Numbered from the stretch's first letter, positions 1 through 16,089 are shown. The stretch: 64,000 nt of DNA from Guillardia theta CCMP2712 (GCF_000315625.1 NW_005434629.1:270409-334408); one strand, 5' to 3'. The notes: generated by a model from the letters alone, not told the origin. Numbers and translations are program-made.

Positions 1-46
1 TCGTCCCTCGTCCCTCGTCCCTGTCCCTCGTCCCTCCCTCGTCCCT

Positions 47-95
<49 letters not shown>

Positions 96-106
96 CTCCC
101 TCTCCC
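1..106. repeat. (TCCCTCG)/(TCCCTG)n microsatellite
   Basis: Tandem 6-7-mer units read directly at the window start. Confidence 0.9.
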
Positions 107-463
107 TTGCTGCAATTCTTGTGATGAAAGCGGAATAGCTTCCATACTTGTGAGTTGTTCGGTCTTTTAGTGCGCAACGTGCTTCTCCACAATTCCCGAC
201 ATGCTGCGACTCTGAGAGCACGGCATCTCTTCCTTCTGCATGGGTTAGTTGTCAGTTGTGTCTCCCCCCGAGCTCGTATGCCTTGTATGGCTCTGATAAG
301 TTGGCCGCCACTGTGCATGATCGGATTCCACTGGCGGTGCATTGACCAACTTGAGTTGGCAAAGTTCTACTGAGAAATGAAACTGCGGCGTATCAGGCTG
401 CGTGATAACAGCCTGATTCGAATCATCTTTCAGCAGGCTACGAAGAAAGTTTCCAGAGGCAAT

Positions 464-925
464 TTATGTACAACAGTCGTCAAAAACAACATCACTATTT
501 ACATCAGCTGTACACATTTGTTGATTCGTTACCGGGTCATCCGTCAATCCAGCAATGCCTCGTAGGATTGTTAGATCACTCCCAGAAGAAGACACTTCTC
601 CATCATCGTCATATGCGGAATTCAAAGACACTCGTCGAAATTTGAACTTTCCACAGAACTTTGGATCTTGCATCTTTCGCTTGTCAAACTGCGAAGGAAG
701 TATCGCTTCCATCACGTAGGTCCCTGTGCCTTGCTGGGCCTGATCTAGATCCTTCTCGTGTAAGACCGTTGAGGGATGCAAGAGAAACTCGTCATACTCT
801 TCTATTGTCAGGTCTTCAAAGATGAAGATCAAGGCCTTCTTGCCTATGAGAAGCGCTTGAAACAACAAGTTGTAAAGAAACGCCATGACCCCCGAGTTTT
901 GTGATGCTGTCGCGCTGAGGTCCAT
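464..925 (-). CDS. Hypothetical protein fragment (possibly a decayed gene)
   Basis: 153-aa ORF of protein-like composition. The frame appears to continue past the TAA at 464. No motif recognised. Confidence 0.3.
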   Translation of the reverse strand: MDLSATASQNSGVMAFLYNLLFQALLIGKKALIFIFEDLTIEEYDEFLLHPSTVLHEKDLDQAQQGTGTYVMEAILPSQFDKRKMQDPKFCGKFKFRRVSLNSAYDDDGEVSSSGSDLTILRGIAGLTDDPVTNQQMCTADVNSDVVFDDCCT

Positions 926-1339
926 CAGCGCTTTTCGGCTACTTCTGAGAGCTGTTCCGTACCCTTGTGAGTTGTGGAAATGGTTTGCTCTGAGCTCGCT
1001 GCAGGAGGAAGAAGGACAAGAGACGAGGCCAACAGGCTGTTGCCAGCAACGACGACGATGGATTAAAGTATAGGAGGAGCAGACGGGAGAGTCACGAATG
1101 CACGGCTAGGGAGGGTCATCGACTTGTGTTGTAAAGCTGCCGATTGTATGGGAGGAGGAAACAGGCACGAGGGATGCGGGGGTCAACTCGAGCCTTGTTG
1201 CCCCTTGCGTGCTATCGACCACCACTCAGTACCACAAGAGGTCGCTTGCGGCCGTCAGCAAGGCTCTAGTCACGCCGTCTCAAAGTGTACCGTACCTGGT
1301 CGGGAGTCTCCAGCGTGGGTCTTTTAAAACTGGGTCACA

Positions 1340-1810
1340 GCCTGTGGGGACCGTGACTCGGACGGTCGCGGCCCGGCGCGGCGGGCGGCGGCGGCCCGGC
1401 GCCTGGCCGCTAATTCACTGTTCCGAGGCCGCGGCTTCGGAGCCTCCGAGTGAGCCTCGCCGGGGCGGGGCCCCGGCTTGCCAGGAAACCGTGCCGGGCA
1501 TTGGCCCCGGGACCGCCTGACGGTCAGTGACTTGCCCGTCACGGCGGCGGGGCGAAGTTGAGACCGGCGGGCGCGGCCGGGCCGCGGGCCGTGACAGCGC
1601 GCGGCGGCCCCGGTGGCCGGGCACGGTCACGACCGTTGCCCGGCCGCGCCGAGTCACCCAGTAGCCTAGTAGGCTTGAAGGGCAGGAGAGCCTGTTAGCC
1701 TGAGAAGGCCGGCTCCGAAGCCTGAGTCCGAAGTTAGGAGACTGCCAGTCACAGTCGGACCCGGTGACCGGGCCGCCAGGCTGAACTTGAGCCGCTATGT
1801 CACGGTCGGA
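1340..1810. other. GC-rich motif island
   Basis: Abrupt very high GC with recurring CGGCCG, GTGAC, GACTCGG, CGGTCAC and AACTTGA words. Confidence 0.75.
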
Positions 1811-3570
1811 AACTTCGAAACTTTGAACTTTACAAAGCAGATTATGCTCTGCCGACCGTTCTAACCTGGAAGTTGCGAAGGGTCATCAACCTCTTAAAAA
1901 CCCCAAGAGCCAATCTGTCATCTAATCAATACCACAGAGTTCAGATTACCACAATATACCCCTCATTGAACCCAGAGAGTACCCCATTATTTCGGAGGTA
2001 CACAGAAGTTTTTTTTGAATAAAAACTTCCTACCCTTTCGCCTGCACAGATCAATGCCGGGCGCTCAGCTCACACAACAGCTCTTCTGCATTGCCGCCGG
2101 CAAGGTAAGATGTCAGTGCTCTTCATCATCGAATCAAACATCAACTTTATATCACACTACACGCACTTGAGATGCTCACCCCTATGCTGTACTTGTTTCT
2201 TCCTATACAACTCTCAATCTATCCAGACTGTCATTGCTGTTACGCCTTGGTTTTGTAAGCGTGGTGCCATTTTCTTTTCAGTAGCTCAGTGTTCATCGAT
2301 CTTCTGTGGTAACCTGAGTTTTTTTCTGTGCTTTTCTGTTCCAATCGTTGTCCACCCACTCCTTTGTTGTTTTCGCATTAGTACCTTGTTAGTCGATCTC
2401 AAAGCACTCTTTGTACTCATTTAGCGGTGGCGCCTTTTTCCTCCAAACCTGCAATGATCGTTCGTCATGCTTGATCCCTCATGAATTGTATTTCTTTTTG
2501 TGTGTATATCCTGTATAATCATTGAAGTTGAGCTCTAATTGGTTGAGCTGCTCAACTGTGGCGAAACATTTGTTGATGTTGCGTACTCCCGCATTGTTGC
2601 TTGCATTTGTACATCCAACCAATGTCGTATTCTCTTGACCTCCTCTCTTGTTCAGCCCGGAGGTGGGAGCTTCCTGCCTCACTGCTATCCCGATGTGCAA
2701 GCCCCTCAGGCTGCGCAGAAGGTTAACGGATGGGGACCCTACTTTGCCAACGACAGGTCAGACGCTTTGCAACTTCCCTTCCTGTGATTGCTGACTTGTT
2801 GATGCGGCGAGCAGCCAGGGATACATCGCCTATGGAACTGGCAACTTCGATGGCCAGGGATCTGGACATGAGTTCTTCGGCACCGTCTGGCATCCTACCC
2901 ACGGATATGTGAACAACTGTGAGTGCCACTGGCGATGATTTGATATCCGGTGACGTATTAAAAGGTGATGGCGGCCGCTCCCACTGGTCGTGCGACTATC
3001 GTCAGGCTTAAAATGATGTTGGTACTGTTGTTTCATGCTCTCGATTTCTGGATTGTTTATAGTTATATCGACAGGTTTGACGAGTGTGCATCTTCGCTCT
3101 TTTGTCAAATATGGAGCCTCAGAAAGCCTGCTTTGAATGTCGGTTCTAGCCTAAGAACTTTCATTGATTCGGAATGTAGATTCAACAGTCTTTATCATAT
3201 GTCTTCTTTGCCTTAAGCTTTGCTTGACAAGCCCACCAGTTTCTTGTGTTGTTCATCTTGTGCGTTCGGCTGAGAATAGCTTCAGTCTATGGTGATAGTC
3301 TGTGGCATCTGACATTCATCGAAGTGACTGCTACTAACACCCAGCATGGGATGAGCAGATGCTTTCAAGGTAACAACAAATCCCTGTCCATGGTCGTGCA
3401 ACCAGAAATCTTTTTGGAAAACCTAAACTTCTCCGTTCTACTTCGCACGCAACCACTAATCAAAGCGTTAGATCTTGCAATCTACACAAGAGTGCATGGG
3501 AATTGAGGATCGCACAACTCTTTGGTTTGGCTTAGTACATTGAAATGCAGCTCAAACATTGAAAAATGAT

Positions 3571-4515
3571 CTAGTCTGACCTCGACAAACCTGTAGCGTC
3601 CTCAGCGAACTTGACCAACTCCCTGGCTAAGCCTTCTTTGTACGTCGTAGGGGAAGATCGTGTTATCCTTGGTTTCCACGACAGTTTCTGGAACATCTCG
3701 AGGATGAGCATTACAAACCCACTTCCTCGAGGAACCTCTCGAGGAACCCAATAAGGAACACACCAGCTCCCTGGCTCAAACCTTTGATCTGTCAAGGCAG
3801 CAAATACAGCTGGATCTGCTCCTTGTTTTGGTTCCACAGCCATAGGTAAGAAGCCAAAAGATTTTCCTTTCCCTCTTTCTTTGCAGAGAATTTCAGAAGA
3901 CACAAGTCCTGGAGTGATAGGGACAACTTGTATGTCAACATTTTCTCTCTCAAAGCGCCGCTGAAGTTCATAAGCGTGGAGAATATTTGCCAATTTAGAC
4001 GTGGCATACATTTGAAACCTTGTGAAATCGTTGGCTTTCTCAAGTGAAACCCCCTTTCGAAATAAAAAGTCTTCTCTGCCTATCCAGTGTGCATTAGACG
4101 CTGTTACGACTATTCTAGATGGTGTCGACAACTTCAGATTAGGAATGAGCAGCTCACAGAGAAGAAAATGCCCGAGGAAATTTGATGCGAACAACAAGTC
4201 ATAGCCATCAGCATTCATCCAAGGACCAGCTTCCTTGACTTTGTAAACCATTCCAGCATTCAGGAAAAGGTACTTGAGAGGCTTACCCTCGAGCTGCTTT
4301 GCTGCCTCCCTCACACTATCAAAGTTTGAGAGGTCCATAGGCAGAGGCTCTACCTTTCCCTTTCCACCTGTACTAGAACCGAGGATCTCCTCACAAGCTT
4401 TCTCACATCTCAGTCTATCCCTTCCAGACACGAAGACATGAAGCCCTTGCTCAAACATGCGCGCCGCGATTTCTCTGCCCACCCCCGTTGACGATCCTGT
4501 CACTAGGCACGCCAT
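3571..4515 (-). CDS. Short-chain dehydrogenase/reductase (retinol dehydrogenase/WWOX-like), intronless
   Basis: TGSSTGVG Rossmann motif, NAG, NFLGHFLL, catalytic YATSK. Confidence 0.93.
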   Translation of the reverse strand: MACLVTGSSTGVGREIAARMFEQGLHVFVSGRDRLRCEKACEEILGSSTGGKGKVEPLPMDLSNFDSVREAAKQLEGKPLKYLFLNAGMVYKVKEAGPWMNADGYDLLFASNFLGHFLLCELLIPNLKLSTPSRIVVTASNAHWIGREDFLFRKGVSLEKANDFTRFQMYATSKLANILHAYELQRRFERENVDIQVVPITPGLVSSEILCKERGKGKSFGFLPMAVEPKQGADPAVFAALTDQRFEPGSWCVPYWVPREVPRGSGFVMLILEMFQKLSWKPRITRSSPTTYKEGLARELVKFAEDATGLSRSD

Positions 4516-4629
4516 CAGTGTGTGCGGATTTGACCTGGTTCTTTACATCAGCTGTCACGGGCCCGGCCGGCGCCGGAAAGACAGGACAGGTGGCACTGAG
4601 ATGGTACGGCAGGCGCCGCTAGTAGAGAG

Positions 4630-5260
4630 GGGACCTGACCCGCCCTTTTTTTCCTGGGTGATTTTCATCTTATTTTAACCCCACCCCTTCTTTATGACCC
4701 TCCCCCCCTACATCTCGCCGGCAAGGGGTTGAACGCGGCAACAGCAACCCCTACTACTCTCATTGAAAGATGGTTGACCCCTCCGAGGTCTTGCGCCCCT
4801 TCCTACCTGACCCATACCCCTACCCCTCCCCACCCGGACTTCCACAATGAACACACCGGATCATCACCCCCCACCCTCGACTACGTCTGCACGATGGGAT
4901 TACACGACCCCCTTATGCTACATGAAACTGGGTTGTGGGGTGCTTACCACCCCTGGTGGTGAGTGCTCTCATCACTGTTTGAGACTTGACTTTTGAGATG
5001 ATGAGTGGTAGGGTCCTCATTGCGATCTAGTGGGGTGGTGTTGCTGCCACGTTTGTACCCAGTCGCTCTACCACTAATGAAGGGGTCGAGGTAGGTCAGA
5101 CGGGGTGGTTGTGTCGATTGTTCTTGAGGGATTTGTAGGGTAGGGGTGGTCACTTTCTTTTGAGTACGGGTACAGCCCTAGATTTTATTATTGTTTTATT
5201 ATACTACCACCCTGTGCTGTGGGGTGGTGTCAGAAACAGGGGTTTAAAACATGTTACGAC
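4630..5260. promoter_or_regulatory. ACCCC/GGGGT-rich island in the divergent SDR / malic enzyme intergenic region
   Basis: C-run-rich first half and G-run-rich second half, no credible ORF. Regulatory role is inferred from position only. Confidence 0.4.
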
Positions 5261-5611
5261 CCTGCGAAGAGGAATGGCAGGAGCTGCAGGGAGGCTGCGC
5301 GGACTCAACCCATGCATGCGATGATTGTGACGTTGAAGTAGAACGAGAATGTATGTCACATACACACATAGGATAATCTGCTTCTTTTTGAGTGAGCAGC
5401 TTTGCACACTGATAAGTGAGATCTTACAGCAGCAGGAAATCCCATCGGACACATGTCACCATGAAGGATGAGTTATAACGCAAAGGTAGTTGTTCAGGCC
5501 TGTCCGAGTCGCTAGCATTCATATTTCATATTTTCTGAATCAATTGGGATAAAGAAATTGCCAGATAGGGCAGGAACAGTGTTCTTTATGTTGACCTACC
5601 TTCTGGCAGAA

Positions 5612-8812
<3,201 letters not shown>

Positions 8813-9700
8813 ACTTCTTCCCCTCCTCCCGCGCAGCATTGTTTATCAGAACTTACGCGCAGTAAACTGCATGAAAGTAGCAAGCTTCTAAGCTTCAGTC
8901 CGAAATGTTCATGCACGGTGCACAACGGTTTGACCGTACTATGATCAGCCGTGTAAGTCGCTTCCTGTTTCAAAACTTGAATCGCCTTGATGTCAACCAA
9001 AAAACAAACAGAACAGGTACAACGCTCATCTAATCAGAAGTCTAGTAATAAATTGAGTAGGATTCCCAATCATTCTTTATTGAATCAACGTTACTGTCAG
9101 TTGCTTCGTTCGATGATGGACAAGCCTGACACGCTGCGACTCGACGATCGATCAATCATTCTCCACAATGCAACTTGATCCTTGCAACAAGCATTTCCGG
9201 AAATGAGATTGCAGATAAGCGGTAATTTGTTCATCAGCACAATGATTCGTAGTTGTTCGAGACCCTATGCAACCTCGCGTGCAAACCAGGCTCGCCTGCA
9301 AAGCGGTCCTGGCTGATGAAGGCTACATAAGAATACGATTGATTGAACCGTGACCAGCCAAACGAGCCTTATTGTCCTTGTTGGTTCTTAACCGTAGAGT
9401 CAGCTCAGTGAAGATGTTCATCGCTTTGGATGCCTATGCACGCAAAGAGTGTGAACCTACTTTTTCAAAGGGGAACACCTGTAGTGCATCCAATGAGTGA
9501 TCAAAGGCTTTCAAGAATGCGCGTGAAGCACCTTTGTTGGTCCGTTCAACTCATCCGCCCATCAGTTACCACGGAAAAATTACTAGTACCGATGACAGTT
9601 CTGTCATCATCTGCTTTCTTCAACGCATCGTCCTCTGGGATCGAAATCAGTAAGGAAAGAGGAAGTACTCACTTACTCAACCCAGCCTAGTAGGCTTCTC

Positions 9701-9719
9701 TTTACTCAAAGTTAAGTTA
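9701..9719 (-). repeat. Copy of the dispersed 19-bp motif TAACTTAACTTTGAGTAAA
   Basis: Exact reverse complement of the copies at 19258, 19440 and 49169. Confidence 0.85.
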
Positions 9720-10127
9720 GGAGTGCACAAGAAGTAGAAAGATAAAAACTCGTCGAGTGAAAGTTAGATCGACATGGGTGTGTAGTATGGATGAACAACC
9801 GGTACTGAAGCAGTTTTCTGTATCTACCCACCCTGTATCCCAATTGATGGAAACCGGTGGGTACAACACTTACAATACATTTGGGTTGTTTGGTACAATG
9901 TTAAAACTAGACTTTTATTGCGTCTGTCAAATGGTTGGTAACAAGGACCGGTACTAATAATTAATTACAATATGTTCAAAGCGTTTTGAAACTTTTACAT
10001 TGCAACCTCAAAGAAGAGAGTTGCCTCTTTTCTGTGATGGTCTAGTGCTACCACCTTCTCCCTTCCCTTTCCTCGGGCTTCAGGCTTTGACCACACGGTC
10101 AGGTCAGGACATCCGGTTGATTGCAGC

Positions 10128-12113
10128 ATGACATCGGGTCTTCTGAGGATTGCAGCAGGTTTGTTCCAGGTGTTCGGTCTTGTTGATTCAATGTTTTTTG
10201 CAGGGCTAGTGCTTCTGACCACATGTGCATGTGCACTTCTTGGACAGCATTTCCCGCGCGGATGCGCTCAGCACATGATGCCCGCGGTGATTCGAGGAGG
10301 GGGAGGGGTGCCGCATGCAAACATGGACCTGGAGGACGTTGAGGAGGATGTCGCGGAGGCAAGGCTACGACAAGAACAAGCCAAGTCGAGAGAGAAATGG
10401 AGAATGTTACGAAGAAGATAGATGAGGTAGAAGAGGAAGCACGGGGCATCGCCAAGGAGCTCAAGGACTTGGAGACGAAGAAGGCTGACATAAGGATACA
10501 GCTTCTTGACAAGGGGGCGGACCAGAGGTACTGGGAGGATATATTGAGGGATGTCGAGGAGAAAGAGAAGTACCTGCGAAAGGAGAAGCAGAACCTGCGA
10601 AAGAAAGAAGAAGACCTGCGAAAGGAGAAGCATGACCTGCGAAAGGAGAAGCAAGGTCGGCTAATGAAGGAAGAGATTAACCACGGGATTCAGTGGATGG
10701 AGACACCGTTGGATGCTAGTGAGCTGGGCTATGAGGAGAATCGCAAACTCTTTAGTGTCGATCGATCGATTATGAACTGGAACCCTGGGACAGCAGGGAA
10801 GGTGGTGCTTTACTGCAGGGATGGCTTCAATGAGCAGATGGATTTCCTCGAGGAGAAAGTTTGCAAGGAAGGATATATGGGTTGGATCTTGGGTCCTCCA
10901 GGGACGGGGAAGACAACGACGACGATATGTTTCATACTATCAAAAAGCATTGAGGAAGGGTGGTGTGTGATGTTCGTGCGGCTGTGGAAGTGGGGGATCG
11001 TCAGTTGTATACAAGTGGTCGACGGGCAGACGGAAGTATCTTGTTTCGTTGGACGGCTACGTGCAGGGGGTGCATGAAAATGGAGTTGTATTGAGCATTT
11101 GCCTGCTATGGCGCAACTTTGACAGGGAGAATCGGCGACTTGCCGTCACGACATCGATGAGCTCTCCAGGAAAGAAGAGCGACGAGCAAGATAGAATAGA
11201 AAAGGTGAAAGAGATGAAGGTTTACTCTTGGACGCTGGAGGAGTACCAGGATGCCGCCAAGTACGACTTGCTGTATATGAGTGTGGCTGAGGCTATGGGA
11301 ACGAGTCTGGGCAAGAGAAAACAAACGAGAAGGCGTGAGACAGAAGAAGAGAGAAGGGCGAGAGAAGTCGAGTCCAAGTATCGGGTAGCCGGGGGCTCAT
11401 GCCGGCTCATGTTCGAATATACGACAGAGGAAGCGATCGAAAGCCTTCGTGATGCGATGAGCGTTGTGGACGATTTTCCGAGCCTGATGGAGTTTTCTAC
11501 TGGTGAGCAATCGAAACGGTTTGTGAATCGACTGCATGGGAAGCACCGTATTGGAAAGAAGGAGTACTGGGGGCTTGTCAGCAGGTTTGCTGCCACGGAG
11601 CTAGCGGAGAAGCTTGGAGAGTCCTTTGTAAGGAAAATAGAAGAGCTCACCAACATGGCTGAGAACCCAGTACTACGGGGAGTGTTGTTCGAGATGCTGT
11701 TCTTTGCTCGGATAAAGCAAATGCCAGGACCGCTAAAGCTAACCACCATCCAAGGAGAAGATGTTGAGTGGTCAAGTTGCGAAGTGGAGTCTTTTGATCC
11801 AACAGATGTTTATGAGGCTGGGGAGAATAGCAAGGAGCGCGTGTGCCTGAAGCCCGTGGCATGGAACCAGGGAGGATATGATGCTGTGATTGTAGACTGG
11901 AGCTCCAAGTTAGTACGGTTTGTGCAGGTGACGTCTAGAGAGGCTCATGACCTGAAGCTGCGGTACTTCTCGGACTGCCTGGATTCCTTGAGCATCCAAG
12001 GATGGGAGCAGTGGAAGCTTGAGATCGTCTTTGTCGTCCCCAAGGACAATGTTGAGAGGTTCAGGGTAAGCAAGGTGGAGGACGAGGACGCGCTTTCGAG
12101 TGGTCGGGCTTGA
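10128..12113 (+). pseudogene. Crinkler/RHS-type effector: signal peptide, coiled coil, P-loop NTPase, PD-(D/E)XK-type nuclease; frameshifted
   Basis: Walker A GPPGTGKT, Walker B LVSLDGY in a second frame, AGGSCRLMF, and C-terminal LKPVAWNQGGYDA...FVQVT typical of CRN NTPase-REase modules. Frame breaks near 10380 and 11030. Confidence 0.75.
10573..10653 (+). repeat. Four 21-nt coding tandem repeats (LRKEKxx heptads)
   Basis: CCTGCGAAAG(G/A)A.. repeated every 21 nt. Confidence 0.85.
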
Positions 12114-13126
12114 CCCGAGACCATGTGGATCTTTGTGAGGACAGCGAAGTCAATTGTCAAGGAATGATGAGACCAGCGGAGTGCAGGAGTTTGGTCATCG
12201 GATGAAAGACTGTCAAAGTTGCGCCATAGCACAAGAAGGATTGGCCTGGATCACCATGACTGAAAGCAGCCATTCAACATTTACAGTGTCAATCCTTTAC
12301 ACAAGACTCAGCATCAGATAACTGGTGATTTTTATATTTGATTTCAGCCAGGTTTAATGAGCTCTGAGGAAATGAAAAACTTGCGGGTTGTCAAGACTGC
12401 GATGTGTTGGCTAGATGGCTCTGTAGTGAGAAATGTTTAAACTTGACTCTGCTATTCGAATAAACATCTGATATAGAGCGTTGAGATACTTTCATCTTGT
12501 ATGAAATTATGTGAGTAATGCATTGACAAGATCATCCACCTTGCGGCGGCGTTGCAGCCCCCGTTGGCACGAGCAAGGTTCATTTGCATGTTGATATGAA
12601 TAGATTGGAGTACCATACATTTTCGCTAAAGAAGGATTTGTGTGCTATGGCCCCCCACCCCCACCCTTGTAAACGGTCTTCCACGGACCCGTTGGGTGAG
12701 CAATCAGCCTTCCTCCTTGGACGTTCCCCGACAGAACCCGCAACCTTCTCCGTCCTCCCTCCTCCCTCCTCCTCCTCCTTTTAGAGCCTCGGCTCCTTCT
12801 TCCTGGGCTCGCTCGTTCCGATGCCACTTTGTCGTCCACATAGCACGCAACGCCCTTACAGGATGGATTCGTTCCTCACAAGTTGCTTCCTGCCTGCCTG
12901 CCTGCCTCCCTCCCTCCCTCCCTCCCTCCCTCCCTGCATATCATTCTCCTGCTCCCCTTCCCGTCCTTCATGTGCATGTTTCAACACCGTCGCATTACGT
13001 GTACTCACCGCTGGTCTCAACCCCCACAAGACTCAAACCTGCCATCTCTCCTCATCGTCATCCATCCAAATCTTTTGCCTTCTACAACAAGCTCACCTAC
13101 TTATGACTCTCTTGTAGGCAGGTATC

Positions 13127-14640
13127 ATGCAGGCGGCCAGGCATCTCCTCAGATCGCCATGCCTGAGGAGGAGGCTCGCTCCATGTGTCGCCCTGCCCGT
13201 CCTCCCTTCGTCATCTTCCCTTCTAGTACCACGACGGCCGAGAGGCCTCGGGCTTGCGGTAGGAGGGGCTCCTCCCCGTCGATGCATGTCGCAGCAAGCT
13301 GGGGGAGAGGAAGGGATGGTGTCGAGCTCTCTCCGAATGCTCCCTGGCGTCGCATCGGCTGCTGCCCTTTCCTCACTCAGCTACGTCATCGCGGACAAGG
13401 CAGGAGTGCAGCTACTCGCTCTCCAAGGCATCACGGGAGCCGCCAGCCCCATCTCAGGCATCCCCGTCGCCATCCTTCTGGGACTGGGGCTCAAGAATTT
13501 CGTCCTCTCCCAGGAGCAGGTGAAGCTCATTGACCCGGGTCTTAAGCTCTCCACCTCCCTCATTCTCCGCACCGGCATCGTGTGCATCGGCGCGAAGCTC
13601 AGCGCTATGGACATCCTCACGCTCGGCTCTGCCGGCATCCCGGCGGTGGTCGCGTCCATCACGACCGGGCTGCTTTTCATCCCGTGGCTGGGGAAGAAGA
13701 TGGGGCTGCCTCCCCACATGTCCTCCCTCATCGCCGCTGGAACCTCCATCTGTGGCGTCACCGCCATCTCAGCCTTGGCTCCGGTCATCAAGGCCAACCA
13801 GCAGGACGTCTCCTTCGCCGTCGCTAACGTCGTCATGTTCGGGACCCTGGGGATGCTGATGTGGCCGTACCTCTCCCACTCCATCTTCCTCATCCCCGAA
13901 CAGGTGGGTATCTTCCTGGGGCTGGCGGTCCACGACACGTCTCAAGTGATGGGGGCTGCGCTGACGTACAAGCAGCTGTTCAACGACGACCTTGTCTTCA
14001 GGATCGCCGCGGTCACCAAGCTGACGAGAAACATCTTCCTCGCAGCCGCGATCCCGTTTCTCGCGCTCCAGCTCAACGCGGGAGGAGCAGACAGAGCCAA
14101 GTTCTGGTCCTGGTCGACCATGAAGAAGTCGATCCCGGGCTTTGTGCTCGCCTTCCTCTTCGTCGCATGCCTCAGGTCCATCGGGGATCACACGATAGCT
14201 GAGGGAGGACGAGCGTACGGCCTTCTCAACAAGGAGGAGTGGACTCGGTTCCACAGCGCCGTGAGCACGTTTGGAGGGCATTACTGCCTAGGTAAGAGAG
14301 GTGGCTGCAGTGTGGATGAGCAAGTGACGGATTTCGTTGTCTTCACTTAACGTGTGCTCGATGCTGTCACGCCGCTCATGTCTGCCCAACCCCAGGTGTT
14401 GCCATGGCTGCTGTAGGGCTGGGAACTTCTCTGTCTGTCCTCAAGTGCGGCTCTGCTCCTGCCCCTGCCTCCACTCATTGACTTCTGCGCAGAGGTGTGG
14501 GCTATCGAGCTTTCCTCGTGGGGTTCGCAGGCTCCGCTGCTGTGAGTTTCACAGCGTTCAGCAGCGTCATGCTCCTTACCAAGTTCGGGCTAATCAACCC
14601 GCACTCACCCAAAGACGAAAGAGACGAGTTGAAGAGATGA
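13127..14640 (+). CDS. YeiH/UPF0324 (putative sulfate exporter) family membrane protein, 3 exons
   Basis: ILLGLGL, LRTGIVCIG, GTSICGVTA, VHDTSQV, VTKLTR, AMAAVGLGT. Arg-rich N-terminal extension. Stop TGA at 14638-14640. Confidence 0.9.
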
Positions 14641-14699
14641 AAGAATATGTATTTAACACATTGCAATGTACATCAACAAGACGAAAACAATAATTCCCC

Positions 14700-15514
14700 A
14701 TAAGACATCAGTTCCCAAACTCCATCTTTGAGGCACTCCGTCGTATCCGCATCGGTTGCTGATGCCTCTGCGAGCTCTGAGACGCATCTCGTCGATCACA
14801 GGCCAGAACAGTGTGCATGTAGTCCGACTGGCGGCTGAAACCTGTAATGCATCATTACAATAAGATTCCCTTCGTTGGCAAGAACCCAAACATCACGGGA
14901 GAGAAGAATAAGGTCAAGAGGTCCACATCACATTTCAGTTACAAACCAGGTGGGTGTGGTCTTGGAGTGCTTGCAGGCTGACAGAACGTGTCCACCTCGT
15001 AAGGCACGAAGTAGTCGACATCCGAGTAGTCGCCCTGTCCAACCCAATGTCATCTCGCCAGTCTAGACATCCAGATGGTGTCACCTGCTGTAAGTAGCTG
15101 TTGCTCCTTAAGATTCTCTTCTCTGCCTTGTGATCCACCAGCTCATGCAGCTCGGAACTGAGATCGCGGGAGATTTTCGACCTACATGGCCATCAGTCAA
15201 CCGGGCAGACGAAGGCTCCAACAGCATACTGTCCGAGGTTGCCGTAACCAAGTTTCTGCAGCGAAGGGTTTGATATCTGATGAAGAACGAAAGTCATGCG
15301 AGCTAAATACTTGGGACGGTGAAGACAACACCTTGTTCGAAGAAGCTAATTCAGCATGGGTATCCGAAGGGATTTCAACTGTGTCACCAACATCAGCAAC
15401 CATGTCTGAAAGAAAGATGAACAAACCTATGCATAGAAGAAGAAGCAAAACCGTGCTAAGCTTACTGAGTTTTCTATATCCAGATGCTTTACATTGGTTC
15501 CAGCAATGTGACAT
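14700..15514 (-). CDS. Hypothetical spliced type II membrane protein
   Basis: ORF with one hydrophobic segment (VLLLLLCIGLFIFL) followed by short exon-like ORFs. Structure not resolved. Confidence 0.35.
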
Positions 15515-16089
15515 GACCTGCTAAAAACGCTTTAGAGTCTGATTTTCAACCATCAAAATCTGGAACAAGTTGCAAATTCAAAAGAAAAAAAAACGATGTT
15601 TGTGTGTGAAGCATGATCATCAAATCCACTCAAATGCACTTTGGTACTGTTGCACGCCAAAGAAATTATCTCAGGTGTTTTGATTCAGCTGCTGTCATTC
15701 ACTATATTTCAACCAGCATTTTTGAAAGCACCGATATTTTCAATCAACCAGATGAGCGAGAAGCATGGACAAACAACCAATGAGCACAGAGGATGCATAT
15801 CTTGTCTCTGACACTAGTGAGAGATAACTGGGCAGGGTTGTTCCATAAAGTATGACAGAATGAATGAGTCGAGAGTATGTCTGTCAGGGAGCCAACGAGC
15901 AACAGGAGCAGATAACAACTAGTGTTGAAGTGCACCCTAAGTAGGAAGCCATGACAACAGCGGGAGATTGAAAGGCGAGAAGGGGAGGAGGAGGGGAGGG
16001 GGCAGGAGACGACGAGCAGAGGTGTCAGGGTGCAAGATAAAAGTGAGCATGAAACGAATAACTCATGGGACGCTAGTGAAAGCAATTGA

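Noticed and set aside
1-106. Possible telomeric array
   Set aside because: Mixed TCCCTG/TCCCTCG units grade into genic sequence, similar SSRs occur internally, and the window edge is arbitrary.
10573-10653. Regularly spaced repeats resembling a CRISPR array
   Set aside because: They are 21-nt in-frame coding heptads with no unique spacers, and the context is eukaryotic with no cas genes.
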